Assembly: GCA_963747235.1 (NCBI GenBank)
Contig: CAVVEU010000033.1
Coordinates: 338,728-402,727 of the forward strand
Source of the DNA: an uncultured Candidatus Rokubacteria bacterium
GTDB lineage: Bacteria > Methylomirabilota > Methylomirabilia > Rokubacteriales > CSP1-6
Direction: 5' to 3'
DNA: 64,000 nucleotides
The translations under genes and the position numbers were made by a program. Within the stretch, counting starts at the first letter, position 1. Each line of letters begins with the position of its first letter. Shown piece after piece: positions 1 through 9,246 of the stretch. The notes beneath the pieces were generated by a model. That model saw only the letters and a list, made by a program, of their open reading frames with translations. It was not told where the DNA came from and searched no databases.

Positions 1-315
1 CTCGCGTCGGCGGTGCTCTTTGCCCTGCGCGGCCGTATCATCACGCTGGCGGCGGAGCTCGGGCTGCCGGCGATGTACCAGTGGCCGGAGACCGCGGACG
101 AGGGCGGACTGATCGCCTATGGTCCGAGCCTTCGTCGAGCCTTCCGTCAGGTGACCACGCTCGTCGACAAGGTTCTCCAGGGTGCCAGCCCCGCCGACCT
201 CCCGGTCGAGCAGCCCACCAAGTTCGACCTGGTCGTCAACCTCACCACCGCCAAGGCCCTCCGATTGGCGATCCCCCCGTCGCTGCTGCTACGGGCGGAT
301 CGGGTTCTCGAGTGA
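1..315 (+). CDS. ABC transporter substrate-binding protein (ABC_sub_bind type), 3' part only
   Basis: C-terminal signature GGLIAYGP...ADLPVEQPTKFDLVVNLTTAKAL...LLRADRVLE; 5' end lies outside the window. Confidence 0.85.
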   Translation, partial: LASAVLFALRGRIITLAAELGLPAMYQWPETADEGGLIAYGPSLRRAFRQVTTLVDKVLQGASPADLPVEQPTKFDLVVNLTTAKALRLAIPPSLLLRADRVLE

Positions 316-1395
316 TCCGCAGCGACGTGATCGGGAGCCTCCTCCGGCCGCCCGCCCTCAAGGAGGCCCGCCAGCGCCTGGAGCGCGGCGAGCTCTCCGC
401 CGCCGCGTTCAAGCAGGTCGAGGACCGCGCGGTGGACGACGCGGTGCGCCTGCAGGAGGACGCCGGCCTCGACGTGGTCACCGACGGCGAGCTGCGCCGC
501 TACGCCTTCTTCGGCCATCTGATCGACGCGCTCGACGGCTTCGACAAGCTGGGCGGCTGGGCCATCCCGTTCCACAACGAGCAGGGCGAGCGGCTCGTCT
601 TCAAGCGCCCGGTGGTCGTCGAGAAGCTCCGCTGGCGCCGCAGCATGTGCACCGAGGAGTTCGTCTACCTGCGCGCGCGCACGACGCGGCCCACCAAGGT
701 CACGCTGATCAGCAGCCAGCAGGCCGCCGCCTACTACGATCCCGAGAAGTCCACCGGCGCCTACCCGACGCGCGACGCCTACCTGGCCGACATCGTGGAT
801 CTCACGCGGCGCGAGGTGGCCGGAGCTGGTCGCGCTCGGCTGCACCTACATCCAGATCGACGCGCCCCAGTACGCGGCGCTGCTCGATCCCGAGCTCCGC
901 GAGGGCTACCGCCAGCGCGGCAGCGATCCCGACCGCCTGATCGACGCGTGCATCGAGATGGATAACGCGGTGATCGGCACGCACCCCGGCGTCACCTTCG
1001 GCCTGCACATCTGCCGCGGCAACAACCAGTCCATGTTCTACGCCAGCGGCGGCTACGAGCCGATCGCGCGCGTGTTCACCCGGAGCCGCTTCCAGCGCTT
1101 CCTGCTCGAGTACGACGACGCGCGCTCGGGCGGCTTCGAGCCGCTGCGCGCGATGCCGGACGACCGCACGGTGGTCCTCGGCCTCGTGACGACCAAGATG
1201 CCGCGCCTCGAGTCGGTGGCCGAGCTACGCGCCCGCGTGGAGGAGGCCGCCCGCTACCTCCCGCTCGAGCGGCTCGCGCTCAGCCCGCAGTGCGGCTTCG
1301 CCTCGACCATGGAGGGCAACCGGATCTCGCCAGAGGAGCAGCGGGCCAAGCTCCACCGCGTGGCCGAGACCGCCCGATCGATCTGGACCGCCTGA
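312..1395 (+). CDS. Cobalamin-independent methionine synthase II (MetE C-terminal-like) family protein, one frameshift near 820
   Basis: RSDVIGSLLRP, DVVTDGELRR, YIQIDAP, LHICRGN, LEYD, LALSPQCGFAS motifs; GTG overlaps the upstream TGA (GTGA). Confidence 0.85.
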
Positions 1396-1424
1396 TTCCA
1401 CGCATCGACTTCAAGGAGACCAAC

Positions 1425-2606
1425 ATGAGAATGCTCGCCCTGCTCGCGCTCGCCCTGCTCGGCCTCGCTCCGACCGCCGTCTGGGCTCAGACCGTGAAGA
1501 TGGGTGCGGTGGTCCCGCTCACCGGCCGCTACGGCGCGGGCGGCGCCCAGATCCGCGCCGGCTACGAGATCGCGGTGGAGCAGATCAACGCGGCCGGCGG
1601 TATCACCGTCGGCTCCGCCAAGCTGCCGATCGAGCTGATCCTGCAGGACGACGAGTCCGACGCCACCAAGACTGTCGCGCGGCTCGAGGGCCTGGCGGCC
1701 CAGGGCGTGGCGGGCTACCTCGGCGGCTTCGGCTCCGACCTGCACGCGGCCGCCGCCTCGGTGGCGGAGAAGAACCGCGTGCCGTACCTGGGCGTGGCCT
1801 TCGCGCTGCAGAAGATTCACCAGCAGGGCTTCCGCTATCTCTTCTCGCCGTTCTGGAAGTCCCCCGATATCGGCCAGGCCACCCAGGGGCTGCTCGGCCT
1901 CATCCCGGCGGCGGAGCGGCCGAAGACCGTCGCGATCTTCCAGGAGAAGACCGACTGGGGCCGCGAGATGGCGGCGGCGTGGACGGAAACGGGCAAGACC
2001 GCCGGCTACCAGGTGGTGGTCACCGGCGAGTACGCGCCGGGCGCCAAGGACTTCTCCGACATCATCCTGAAGGCCCGGACCGCGAACGCGGACGCGGTGC
2101 TGGCGCTGCCCACCCCGCCCGACGGCATGACCATCGTCAAGCAGATGAAGGAGCTCGGCTACACGCCGAAGCTCGCGCTCTTCATCCGCGCCCCGGACGC
2201 CCAGATCTGGGCGCAGAACCTCGGCAAGGACGGCGACTTCATGGTGCTCGCGGCGGGCTGGCACCACGCCATGACGGGCGCCGGCGTGAAGGAGCTGAAC
2301 GACGCGCACCAGAAGAGATTCAACCGCCCGGCCGATCCGCTGGTGGGCCCGGCCTACGCGTGCGTGCAGATCCTGGCCGCGGCGGTCACGCGCGCGGGCG
2401 GGGCCGACCGGGAGAAGATCCGTGATGCCGTCGCCGCCACCAGCATGAACACGGTGATCGGCGCGGTGAAGTTCCGGCCGGACGGCACCGGCATCGTGCC
2501 GCAGGCGCTGCTGCAGTGGATCAACGGCAAGCAGGAGCTGGTGTGGCCGAAGGACGCCGCCACCGCCCCGCTCGCCTTCCCCGCGCCGCCCTTCGCGAAG
2601 CGCTAG
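1425..2606 (+). CDS. Branched-chain amino acid-type ABC transporter substrate-binding protein
   Basis: AAGGAG RBS, signal peptide, KMGAVVPLTGRY, EQINAAGG, DDESD motifs. Confidence 0.9.
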   Translation: MRMLALLALALLGLAPTAVWAQTVKMGAVVPLTGRYGAGGAQIRAGYEIAVEQINAAGGITVGSAKLPIELILQDDESDATKTVARLEGLAAQGVAGYLGGFGSDLHAAAASVAEKNRVPYLGVAFALQKIHQQGFRYLFSPFWKSPDIGQATQGLLGLIPAAERPKTVAIFQEKTDWGREMAAAWTETGKTAGYQVVVTGEYAPGAKDFSDIILKARTANADAVLALPTPPDGMTIVKQMKELGYTPKLALFIRAPDAQIWAQNLGKDGDFMVLAAGWHHAMTGAGVKELNDAHQKRFNRPADPLVGPAYACVQILAAAVTRAGGADREKIRDAVAATSMNTVIGAVKFRPDGTGIVPQALLQWINGKQELVWPKDAATAPLAFPAPPFAKR

Positions 2607-2607
2607 G

Positions 2608-3624
2608 GTGCGGACGCTCGTCTTCCTGGAGGCGGGCCGGCTCGAGTGGCAGGAGGCGCCCGACGCGGCGCTCGAGACGGCGGATGACGCCCTCGTCCGG
2701 CCGCTGGCGGTGGCCGCCTGCGATCTCGACGTCGCGCTGCTGCGCGGGCTGACCCCGTTCCAGGGGCCGTTCCCGATCGGCCACGAGTTCGTGGGCGAGG
2801 TCGCGGCGGTGGGCTCCGCGGTGACCGGCTTCGCCCCCGGCGACCGCGTCATCGTGCCGTTCCAGATCGGCTGCGGTGCCTGCGCCTGCTGCCGCTCCGG
2901 CCGCACCGGGAGCTGCGAGAGCGTGCCGCCCGTGTCCATGTATGGCTTCGAGCCCCTGGGCGGCCGCTGGGGCGGGGCGCTGTCCGACCTGGTGCGCGTG
3001 CCCTACGCCACGCATATGCTCGTCCGCCTGCCCGCCGGCCTCGATCCGGCCACGGTGGCCAGCATCAGCGACAATGTCGCCGACGGCTGGCGCGCCGTCG
3101 GCCCGCCGCTCGCGGAGTACCCGGGGGCGCGCGTGCTGGTGCTGGGCGGCATCGGCAGCGTCCCGCTCTACGCGGTGGCCTGCGCCCTGGCGGCCGGCGC
3201 CGCGCGAGTGGACTACGTGGACCCCAATGGCGACCGCGCCGCGGTGGCGGAGGCCCTCGGCGCGAGCGTGAGCCGCCGGCCGCCCACCACGCGCGAGACC
3301 TACCCGATCACGGTGGACGGCAGTAATGATCCGCGCGGCCTGCGGCGCGCGCTCCAGTCGCTCGAGCCCGAGGGCATCTGCACCAGCGTCAGCATCTACT
3401 TCGGCGGGGACGTTCCCCTGCCGCTGCTGTCCATGTACACGCGCGGCGTCCGCTTCGTCACCGGCCGGGTGAACTCGCGCGCCGCGCTGCCCCGCGTGCT
3501 GGAGCTGGTCGCGAGCGCCGGGCTCCGTCCCGAGCGCGTCACCTCCGAGATCATCCCGTGGGACCGGGCCGCGGAGGCGCTGGCGCGGCCGTCGCTGAAG
3601 CCGATCGTGGTCCGCGGCGCCTGA
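2608..3624 (+). CDS. Zinc-dependent alcohol dehydrogenase (MDR family)
   Basis: ACDLD, GHEFVGEV, CGACACC...C structural zinc motif. Confidence 0.9.
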   Translation: MRTLVFLEAGRLEWQEAPDAALETADDALVRPLAVAACDLDVALLRGLTPFQGPFPIGHEFVGEVAAVGSAVTGFAPGDRVIVPFQIGCGACACCRSGRTGSCESVPPVSMYGFEPLGGRWGGALSDLVRVPYATHMLVRLPAGLDPATVASISDNVADGWRAVGPPLAEYPGARVLVLGGIGSVPLYAVACALAAGAARVDYVDPNGDRAAVAEALGASVSRRPPTTRETYPITVDGSNDPRGLRRALQSLEPEGICTSVSIYFGGDVPLPLLSMYTRGVRFVTGRVNSRAALPRVLELVASAGLRPERVTSEIIPWDRAAEALARPSLKPIVVRGA

Positions 3625-3630
3625 GCGGGC

Positions 3631-4368
3631 GTGGCGCTCCTGGAAGTCGAGCGGCTGTCCAAGGGCTTCGGCGGCGTCCTCGCGGTCAGCGACGTCAGCT
3701 TCACGATCGAGCCCGGCGAGCTGCTCGGCATCATGGGGCCGAACGGCTCCGGCAAGACCACGCTCTTCAACCTGATCGCGGGCGCCCTGCGGCCCGATCG
3801 CGGGCGCATCCGGCTCCAGGGCCGCGACGTGGCCGGGCTCGCTCCGCACCGGCTCTGCGCGCGCGGCGTGGCCCGCACCTTTCAGCTCGTCCGGCCCTTC
3901 GCCGGCCTCTCCGCGCTCGATAACGTGCGCGTGGGCTGCCTCTACGGCCGCAAGCGCGGCGGCGGGAGCGCGGGCGCGGAGGCGGCGCGCCTGCTCGCGC
4001 TGGTCGGCCTCGAGGGCCGGGCCGCGACGCCGGCCTCCGCGCTGACCCTGATGGATCGCAAGCGCCTCGAGCTGGCGCGGGCGCTGGCCACCGGGCCCGA
4101 GCTCCTGCTGCTGGACGAGTTCATGGCCGGGCTCAATCCGGCCGAGACGGCGGCCGCGATGGCCCTGATCCGGCGCCTGGTCGCCGACGGCCTCACCGTG
4201 CTGATGGTGGAGCACATCGTGTGGGCGCTGATGGACCTCGCGCAGCGGATCATGGTGCTGAGCGCGGGCGAGAAGATCGCGGATGGCTCGCCCGCCGTGG
4301 TGGCCGCCGACGCCCGCGTGGTGGACGTCTACCTGGGGGCCGCGCGGCCGCCCGACGCGCATGCGTGA
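3631..4368 (+). CDS. livG: Liv-type ABC transporter ATP-binding protein (LivG-like)
   Basis: Walker A GPNGSGKTT, ARTFQ, LLLLDE. Confidence 0.88.
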   Translation: MALLEVERLSKGFGGVLAVSDVSFTIEPGELLGIMGPNGSGKTTLFNLIAGALRPDRGRIRLQGRDVAGLAPHRLCARGVARTFQLVRPFAGLSALDNVRVGCLYGRKRGGGSAGAEAARLLALVGLEGRAATPASALTLMDRKRLELARALATGPELLLLDEFMAGLNPAETAAAMALIRRLVADGLTVLMVEHIVWALMDLAQRIMVLSAGEKIADGSPAVVAADARVVDVYLGAARPPDAHA

Positions 4369-4376
4369 GGACGCGC

Positions 4377-5096
4377 ATGCTTGAGATCGAGGGCCTCGAA
4401 GCGGCCTACGGCGACGTCCGCGTGCTCTCCGGCGTGACGCTCTCGGTGCGGCCCGGCGAGATCGTCGCGCTGCTCGGCCCCAACGGCGCGGGCAAGAGCA
4501 CACTGCTGGCCTGCGTGGCCGGCCTCGTGCGGCCGCGCGCCGGCCGCATCCGCTGGGAAGGCGAGGACCTGCGCGCGGTGCCCGCGCACCTGATCGTGGA
4601 GCGCGGCCTCGCCATCGTGCCCGAGGGCCGCCGGCTCTTCGCGAGCATGACGGTGGAGGACAACCTGGAGCTGGGCGCCTTCTCCCCGCGCGCCCGCGCC
4701 GCGCGCCGCGAGAGCTACGAGCGCGTCTACGCGCTCTTCCCCGCCCTGCGTGAGCGCCGGCGGCAGATCGTGCGCGCGCTCTCGGGCGGCCAGCAGCAGA
4801 TGGTGGCGGTGGGCCGCGCGCTGATGGCGAGCCCGCGCCTGCTCATGCTGGACGAGCCGTCGCTCGGCATCGCGCCCCAGCTCGTGCGCGCGATCCTGGA
4901 CGCGCTGGCCGAGATCAACCGCGCGGGCGTGGCGATCTTCCTGATCGAGCAGAACGTGCGCGCGGCCCTCACTCTGGCCCACCGCGCCTACATCCTCGAG
5001 GGCGGGCGGGTGGCGGGCGAGGGCGGCGGCGCCGAGCTGCTGCGCGACCCGCACGTGCGACGCGCCTATCTGGGGCCGCTCGCGGTCGGCGAGTGA
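4377..5096 (+). CDS. livF: Liv-type ABC transporter ATP-binding protein (LivF-like)
   Basis: GPNGAGKST, VPEGRRLF, LSGGQQQM, LDEPSLG. Confidence 0.88.
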   Translation: MLEIEGLEAAYGDVRVLSGVTLSVRPGEIVALLGPNGAGKSTLLACVAGLVRPRAGRIRWEGEDLRAVPAHLIVERGLAIVPEGRRLFASMTVEDNLELGAFSPRARAARRESYERVYALFPALRERRRQIVRALSGGQQQMVAVGRALMASPRLLMLDEPSLGIAPQLVRAILDALAEINRAGVAIFLIEQNVRAALTLAHRAYILEGGRVAGEGGGAELLRDPHVRRAYLGPLAVGE

Positions 5097-5986
5097 TGGA
5101 CGGGATCGCGCTCACCGTCCTGGCGCAGCAGATCGTGCTCGGCCTGCTCCTGGGCGGGCTCTACGGCCTCGCCGCCGCGGGCCTCTCGCTCGTCTTCGGC
5201 GTGCTCAAGGTACTGGACGTGGCCCACGGCGAGCTGATCATGCTGGGCGGCTACGGCACCTACTGGCTCTTCGCCCTGCTCCGCATGGATCCCTTCGCGT
5301 CGCTGCTCGTGGTCATCCCGGCCACGCTCGTGCTGGGGGCGGTGCTCTACGCCGTCCTGTTCGGCTTCGTGGTCCGCGCCCACGAGGAGACCCGCATCAA
5401 GAACTCGCTGCTGGTCGGCTTCGGCCTCGCCCTGGCCCTGCACGCGCTGGCGCTCCAGCTCTGGACCGCGGACGATCGCTCGGTGACCACGGCCTACAGC
5501 GGCGCGGTGCTCCACGTGGGGCCGCTCGCCGTCCCGGTGATCCGGCTGGTCAGCCTGGCCGTCGCCTTCGCGCTGATCGCGGGGCTCCATCTGCTGCTCG
5601 CCCGCTGGCGCTGGGGCAAGGCCATCCGCGCCACCGCGGAGGACTGGCAGGCCGCGCTGCTCACCGGCATCGACGTGCGGCGCGCCTACCTGCTGGCCTT
5701 CGCCATCGGCACCGCGCTCGCGGGGGCGGCGGGCACCCTGGTGAGCGTCGGCTACTCGATCAGCCCGGCCATCGGGCTCGAGTGGACGCTCAAGGCCCTG
5801 ATCGTGGTGGTGCTGGCCGGCCTCGGCTCCATGCTGGGCACCTTCGCGGCCGGCCTGTTCGTGGGCGTGGCCGAGGCGCTCAGCGCCGCCGCCTTCGGCG
5901 GCCCCTATCGCGAGGTCGTGGGCCTGGTGATCTTCGTCGTGGTGCTCGTGCTCAGGCCGCAAGGCCTGTTCGGGAAACCTCGATGA
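5093..5986 (+). CDS. livH: Liv-type ABC transporter permease (LivH-like)
   Basis: GLSLVFGV..AHGE, GKAIRA, RPQGLFG; multiple hydrophobic segments. Confidence 0.88.
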   Translation: MMDGIALTVLAQQIVLGLLLGGLYGLAAAGLSLVFGVLKVLDVAHGELIMLGGYGTYWLFALLRMDPFASLLVVIPATLVLGAVLYAVLFGFVVRAHEETRIKNSLLVGFGLALALHALALQLWTADDRSVTTAYSGAVLHVGPLAVPVIRLVSLAVAFALIAGLHLLLARWRWGKAIRATAEDWQAALLTGIDVRRAYLLAFAIGTALAGAAGTLVSVGYSISPAIGLEWTLKALIVVVLAGLGSMLGTFAAGLFVGVAEALSAAAFGGPYREVVGLVIFVVVLVLRPQGLFGKPR

Positions 5987-6924
5987 CCGGTGAGCGCGCG
6001 TGGACAGTGGGGATACTCTTGGGCTTCGCGGCGCTCGCGCCGTTGCCGCTGCTGGTCCGCCGCGACGACGTGCTGAACTTCGTGCTGCTGGTCCTGCTCT
6101 CGATCACGATGGCCCAGAGCTGGAACATCATCGCGGGCTACGCGGGCCAGGTGAACCTGGGGCACGCCGCCTTCTTCGGCCTGGGCGCGCTGACCGCGCG
6201 CACCCTCTGGATCGCGGGGACGCCGATCCCGCTCGCGATGGGCGCGGGCGCGCTGGTGGCCGTGGCCCTCGCGCTGCTCATCGGCGCGGCCGCCTTCCGG
6301 CTCCGGGGGGCCTACTTCGCGATCGGCACGCTCGCCCTGGGGGAGATCCTGCGCACGTTCGTGAGCAACACGCTGCCCGAGATCTCGACGCTGCCCGCGG
6401 CCAGCATCGCGGGCTACCGGCTCGCGCCGCGCTACTACCTGGCGCTGGCGCTGGCCGCGCTGTCGGTGGTGGCGGTGGCCGCGCTCGCCGGCTCGCGCCT
6501 CGGACTCGGGATGCAGGCCATCCGCGAGGACGAGGACGCGGCGGAGGCCAGCGGGGTCGCCGCGCTGGCCCTCAAGCTGCGGGCGCTCGTGCTCTCGACC
6601 GCGCTGGCCGGGCTCGCGGGCGGCTTCTTCGCCTACTACCACATCAGCTACTATCCGTCGCATCCGTTCGGGCCACACTGGACCTTCGAGGCGCTGCTCA
6701 TGACGTTCATCGGCGGCGTCGGCACCCTGCACGGCCCGGTGCTGGGCGCGGTGCTCTACGTGCTGCTCAAGGAGTACCTGACCGTGCGCTGGGTGGACTT
6801 TCACCTCTTGATCTTCGGCGTGCTCTTCATCGCCATCGTGCTGATCTTCCCGGGCGGCCTCGTGCAGGCCACCGAGGGCGCGCGGCGGTGGCTCGCGCGC
6901 CGACGAGGAGCTTCCACGACATGA
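5983..6924 (+). CDS. livM: Liv-type ABC transporter permease (LivM-like)
   Basis: SWNIIAGYAGQVNLGHAAFFG, RLRGAYFAI, AIREDE. Confidence 0.88.
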   Translation: MTGERAWTVGILLGFAALAPLPLLVRRDDVLNFVLLVLLSITMAQSWNIIAGYAGQVNLGHAAFFGLGALTARTLWIAGTPIPLAMGAGALVAVALALLIGAAAFRLRGAYFAIGTLALGEILRTFVSNTLPEISTLPAASIAGYRLAPRYYLALALAALSVVAVAALAGSRLGLGMQAIREDEDAAEASGVAALALKLRALVLSTALAGLAGGFFAYYHISYYPSHPFGPHWTFEALLMTFIGGVGTLHGPVLGAVLYVLLKEYLTVRWVDFHLLIFGVLFIAIVLIFPGGLVQATEGARRWLARRRGASTT

Positions 6925-7310
6925 CCGAACGCATTCCGCTGCTCCAGCTTGGCTCGCTCCAGAGTCGCCTGCCCGAGCTCATCGCGAAGAAGGGCGCGCC
7001 GCCCTGGTCGGAGGCGGTCGTGCTGACCGACGACATCCAGGCCTTCCTGATCTGCCACCCGCCCGGCCAGCCCAACGACACCCACTACCACCATCACGAC
7101 GAGTGGTGGATCGTGCTCCAGGGCGAGATCGACTGGTACATCGAGGGTGAGACCGCGCCCATTCACGCGCGCGCGGGCGACTTCGTCTTCGGCCCGAAGC
7201 ACCTCTGGCATCATCTGGAGCCGGTGGGCACCACGCCCAGCATCCGCGTCGCGATCAACGCGCGGGGCGAGTTCCACCGCTACGACCGCCCGGGCTGCAA
7301 GCCTCTCTGA
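6921..7310 (+). CDS. Cupin domain protein
   Basis: HYHHHDEWWIVLQGE and GDFVFGPKHLWH cupin motifs; ATGA coupling with livM. Confidence 0.8.
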   Translation: MTERIPLLQLGSLQSRLPELIAKKGAPPWSEAVVLTDDIQAFLICHPPGQPNDTHYHHHDEWWIVLQGEIDWYIEGETAPIHARAGDFVFGPKHLWHHLEPVGTTPSIRVAINARGEFHRYDRPGCKPL

Positions 7311-7318
7311 CGCCTGGG

Positions 7319-8252
7319 CTAGGCGGTCGCGTCCGAGGGCTTGCCGACCGCGGCGGGAGCGGGCCCGGCGTGGGATCTGCCGGCGCCGGTCACCAGGCGC
7401 AGCACGGCGGGCGAGAGCTTCGGGTCCAGCGTGTCGCGGATGCCGTCGCCGAGCAGGTTGAACGCGAGCACGGTGACGGTGATCGCGAGGCCGGGGAAGA
7501 GCACCAGCCACCAGTGGGGGCACGAGGCCGGTGATCGCGTCCGCCAGCATGTTCCCCCAGGTCGGCGTGGGCGGCGGGACGCCGACCCCGAGGAAGCCCA
7601 GGGCGGCCTCGATCACGATCGCGACGCCCAGGTGGGTGGTGGCGAGGACCAGGTAGGGCGCGATGCACTGGGGCAGCACGTGCAGCGTCATCACCCGGAG
7701 CTGCGAGGCGCCGGCGGCCCGGCCCGCCTCCACGAAGGGCATCTCCCGCACGCTGATGGCCACCGACCGGATCACCCGCCCGCCGAACGGAATGCGGGTG
7801 ACCGCGATGGCCGCGATGACCGCGGGCAGACCGGTCCCGATGGCCATCGAGATCGCCATGGCCAGGATGAGATCGGGGAACGCCTGCAGGACCTCCATGA
7901 TGCGCTGGCTCACCAGATCGAAGCGCCCGCCCAGGTAGCCGCAGGCCACGCCCCAGAGCGAGCCCACCGTGGTGCCGAGCAGCACCGCGGAGAACGCCAC
8001 GAAGAGCGAGGTGCGCGCCCCGTACATCACGCGGCTCAGCGTGTCGCGGCCCACCTGGTCGGTGCCGAAGAAGGACTGCGCGTCGGGCGGCTTGTTCATC
8101 CGCCGGAAGTCCGCCTTCAAGGGCTCGCGCGGGGCGATCCAGGGCGCGGTCAGCGCGACCAGCACGACGAACAGGCCCACGAGGCCGCCCACGACCGACA
8201 GCTTGTTGCGGCGGGCAAAGCCCCCGAGCTCGCGGAGCGCCTGATTCGACAT
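7319..8252 (-). CDS. Peptide/nickel ABC transporter permease (DppC/OppC-like), frameshift near 7515
   Basis: [42 protein letters not shown]. Confidence 0.88.
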
Positions 8253-8262
8253 GGGCGGACGC

Positions 8263-9219
8263 CTACTGGTACCGGATCCGGGGATCGAGCCAGGCGTAGC
8301 TCATGTCCACCAGGACGTTGACCAGCACGAAGATCCCCGCGTAGAGCAGCACGAGGTTCTGCACCACGACGATGTCGCGCTCGACGATGGCCACCACGAG
8401 GGCGCGGCCGAGGCCGGGCACCCCGAAGGCCTGCTCGACCGCCACCGAGCCGCCGAGCACGAAGCCCAGCAGGACGCCCGAGATCGTGATGACGGGCAGG
8501 AGCGCGTTGGGCAGCGCGTGCCGCATCACCACCGAGCGCTCCAGCGTGCCCTTGGCCCGCGCGGTGCGCACGTAGTCCTCGCGGATCACCTCCAGCAGGC
8601 AGGAGCGGGTCATGCGCGCGATGTAGGCGCCCTGGGCCAGCCCGAGCACCATCGCGGGCCCGATGATGAGCTGGAAGTTCTGCCAGGGGTTCTCCCAGAG
8701 CTGCACGATGATGATCGGCGCCTTGTAGCCGAACCAGAAGAGCAGGGCCAGCACGATCAGCAGGCCGAGCCAGAAGCCGGGCACCGCGATGAAGAGCACC
8801 GAGAGCGAGCGCACCATCGCGTCGGCCCAGCCGTTGGGGCGGATCGCGCTCAGGATGCCGACGGGCAGCCCCACCAGCCACGAGATGACCAGGGCGAGGA
8901 TCGCGATCTCGGCGGAGAGCGGCCCGCGGTGGAGGATGAGGTCGCGCACGGTGTCGCCGCGAAAGAACGACTTGCCGAGCTGCCCGGTGGCGATGTCCCG
9001 CATCCAGCGCGCGTACTGCACCGGCAGCGAGTCGGACAGGCCCAGGTCGTGCATGATGGCCGCGCGATCCGCCGGCGCCATCTTGGCGTGGCCTTCCACG
9101 CCGAGGATGGCCACCAGCGGATCGCCCGGCAGGATGCGCAGCACCACGAAGATGATCAGGGAGACCCCGATCAGGGTGCCCAGGGCGAACAGCGCCCTCC
9201 GGAGCAGGTACTTCTGCAC
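8263..9219 (-). CDS. Peptide/nickel ABC transporter permease (DppB/OppB-like)
   Basis: LPGDP, EDYVRTARAKG, HALPNAL, LDPRIRY. Confidence 0.9.
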   Translation of the reverse strand: MQKYLLRRALFALGTLIGVSLIIFVVLRILPGDPLVAILGVEGHAKMAPADRAAIMHDLGLSDSLPVQYARWMRDIATGQLGKSFFRGDTVRDLILHRGPLSAEIAILALVISWLVGLPVGILSAIRPNGWADAMVRSLSVLFIAVPGFWLGLLIVLALLFWFGYKAPIIIVQLWENPWQNFQLIIGPAMVLGLAQGAYIARMTRSCLLEVIREDYVRTARAKGTLERSVVMRHALPNALLPVITISGVLLGFVLGGSVAVEQAFGVPGLGRALVVAIVERDIVVVQNLVLLYAGIFVLVNVLVDMSYAWLDPRIRYQ

Positions 9220-9246
9220 GAGCGAAGGCTCGGGTCTGGGGCTACC

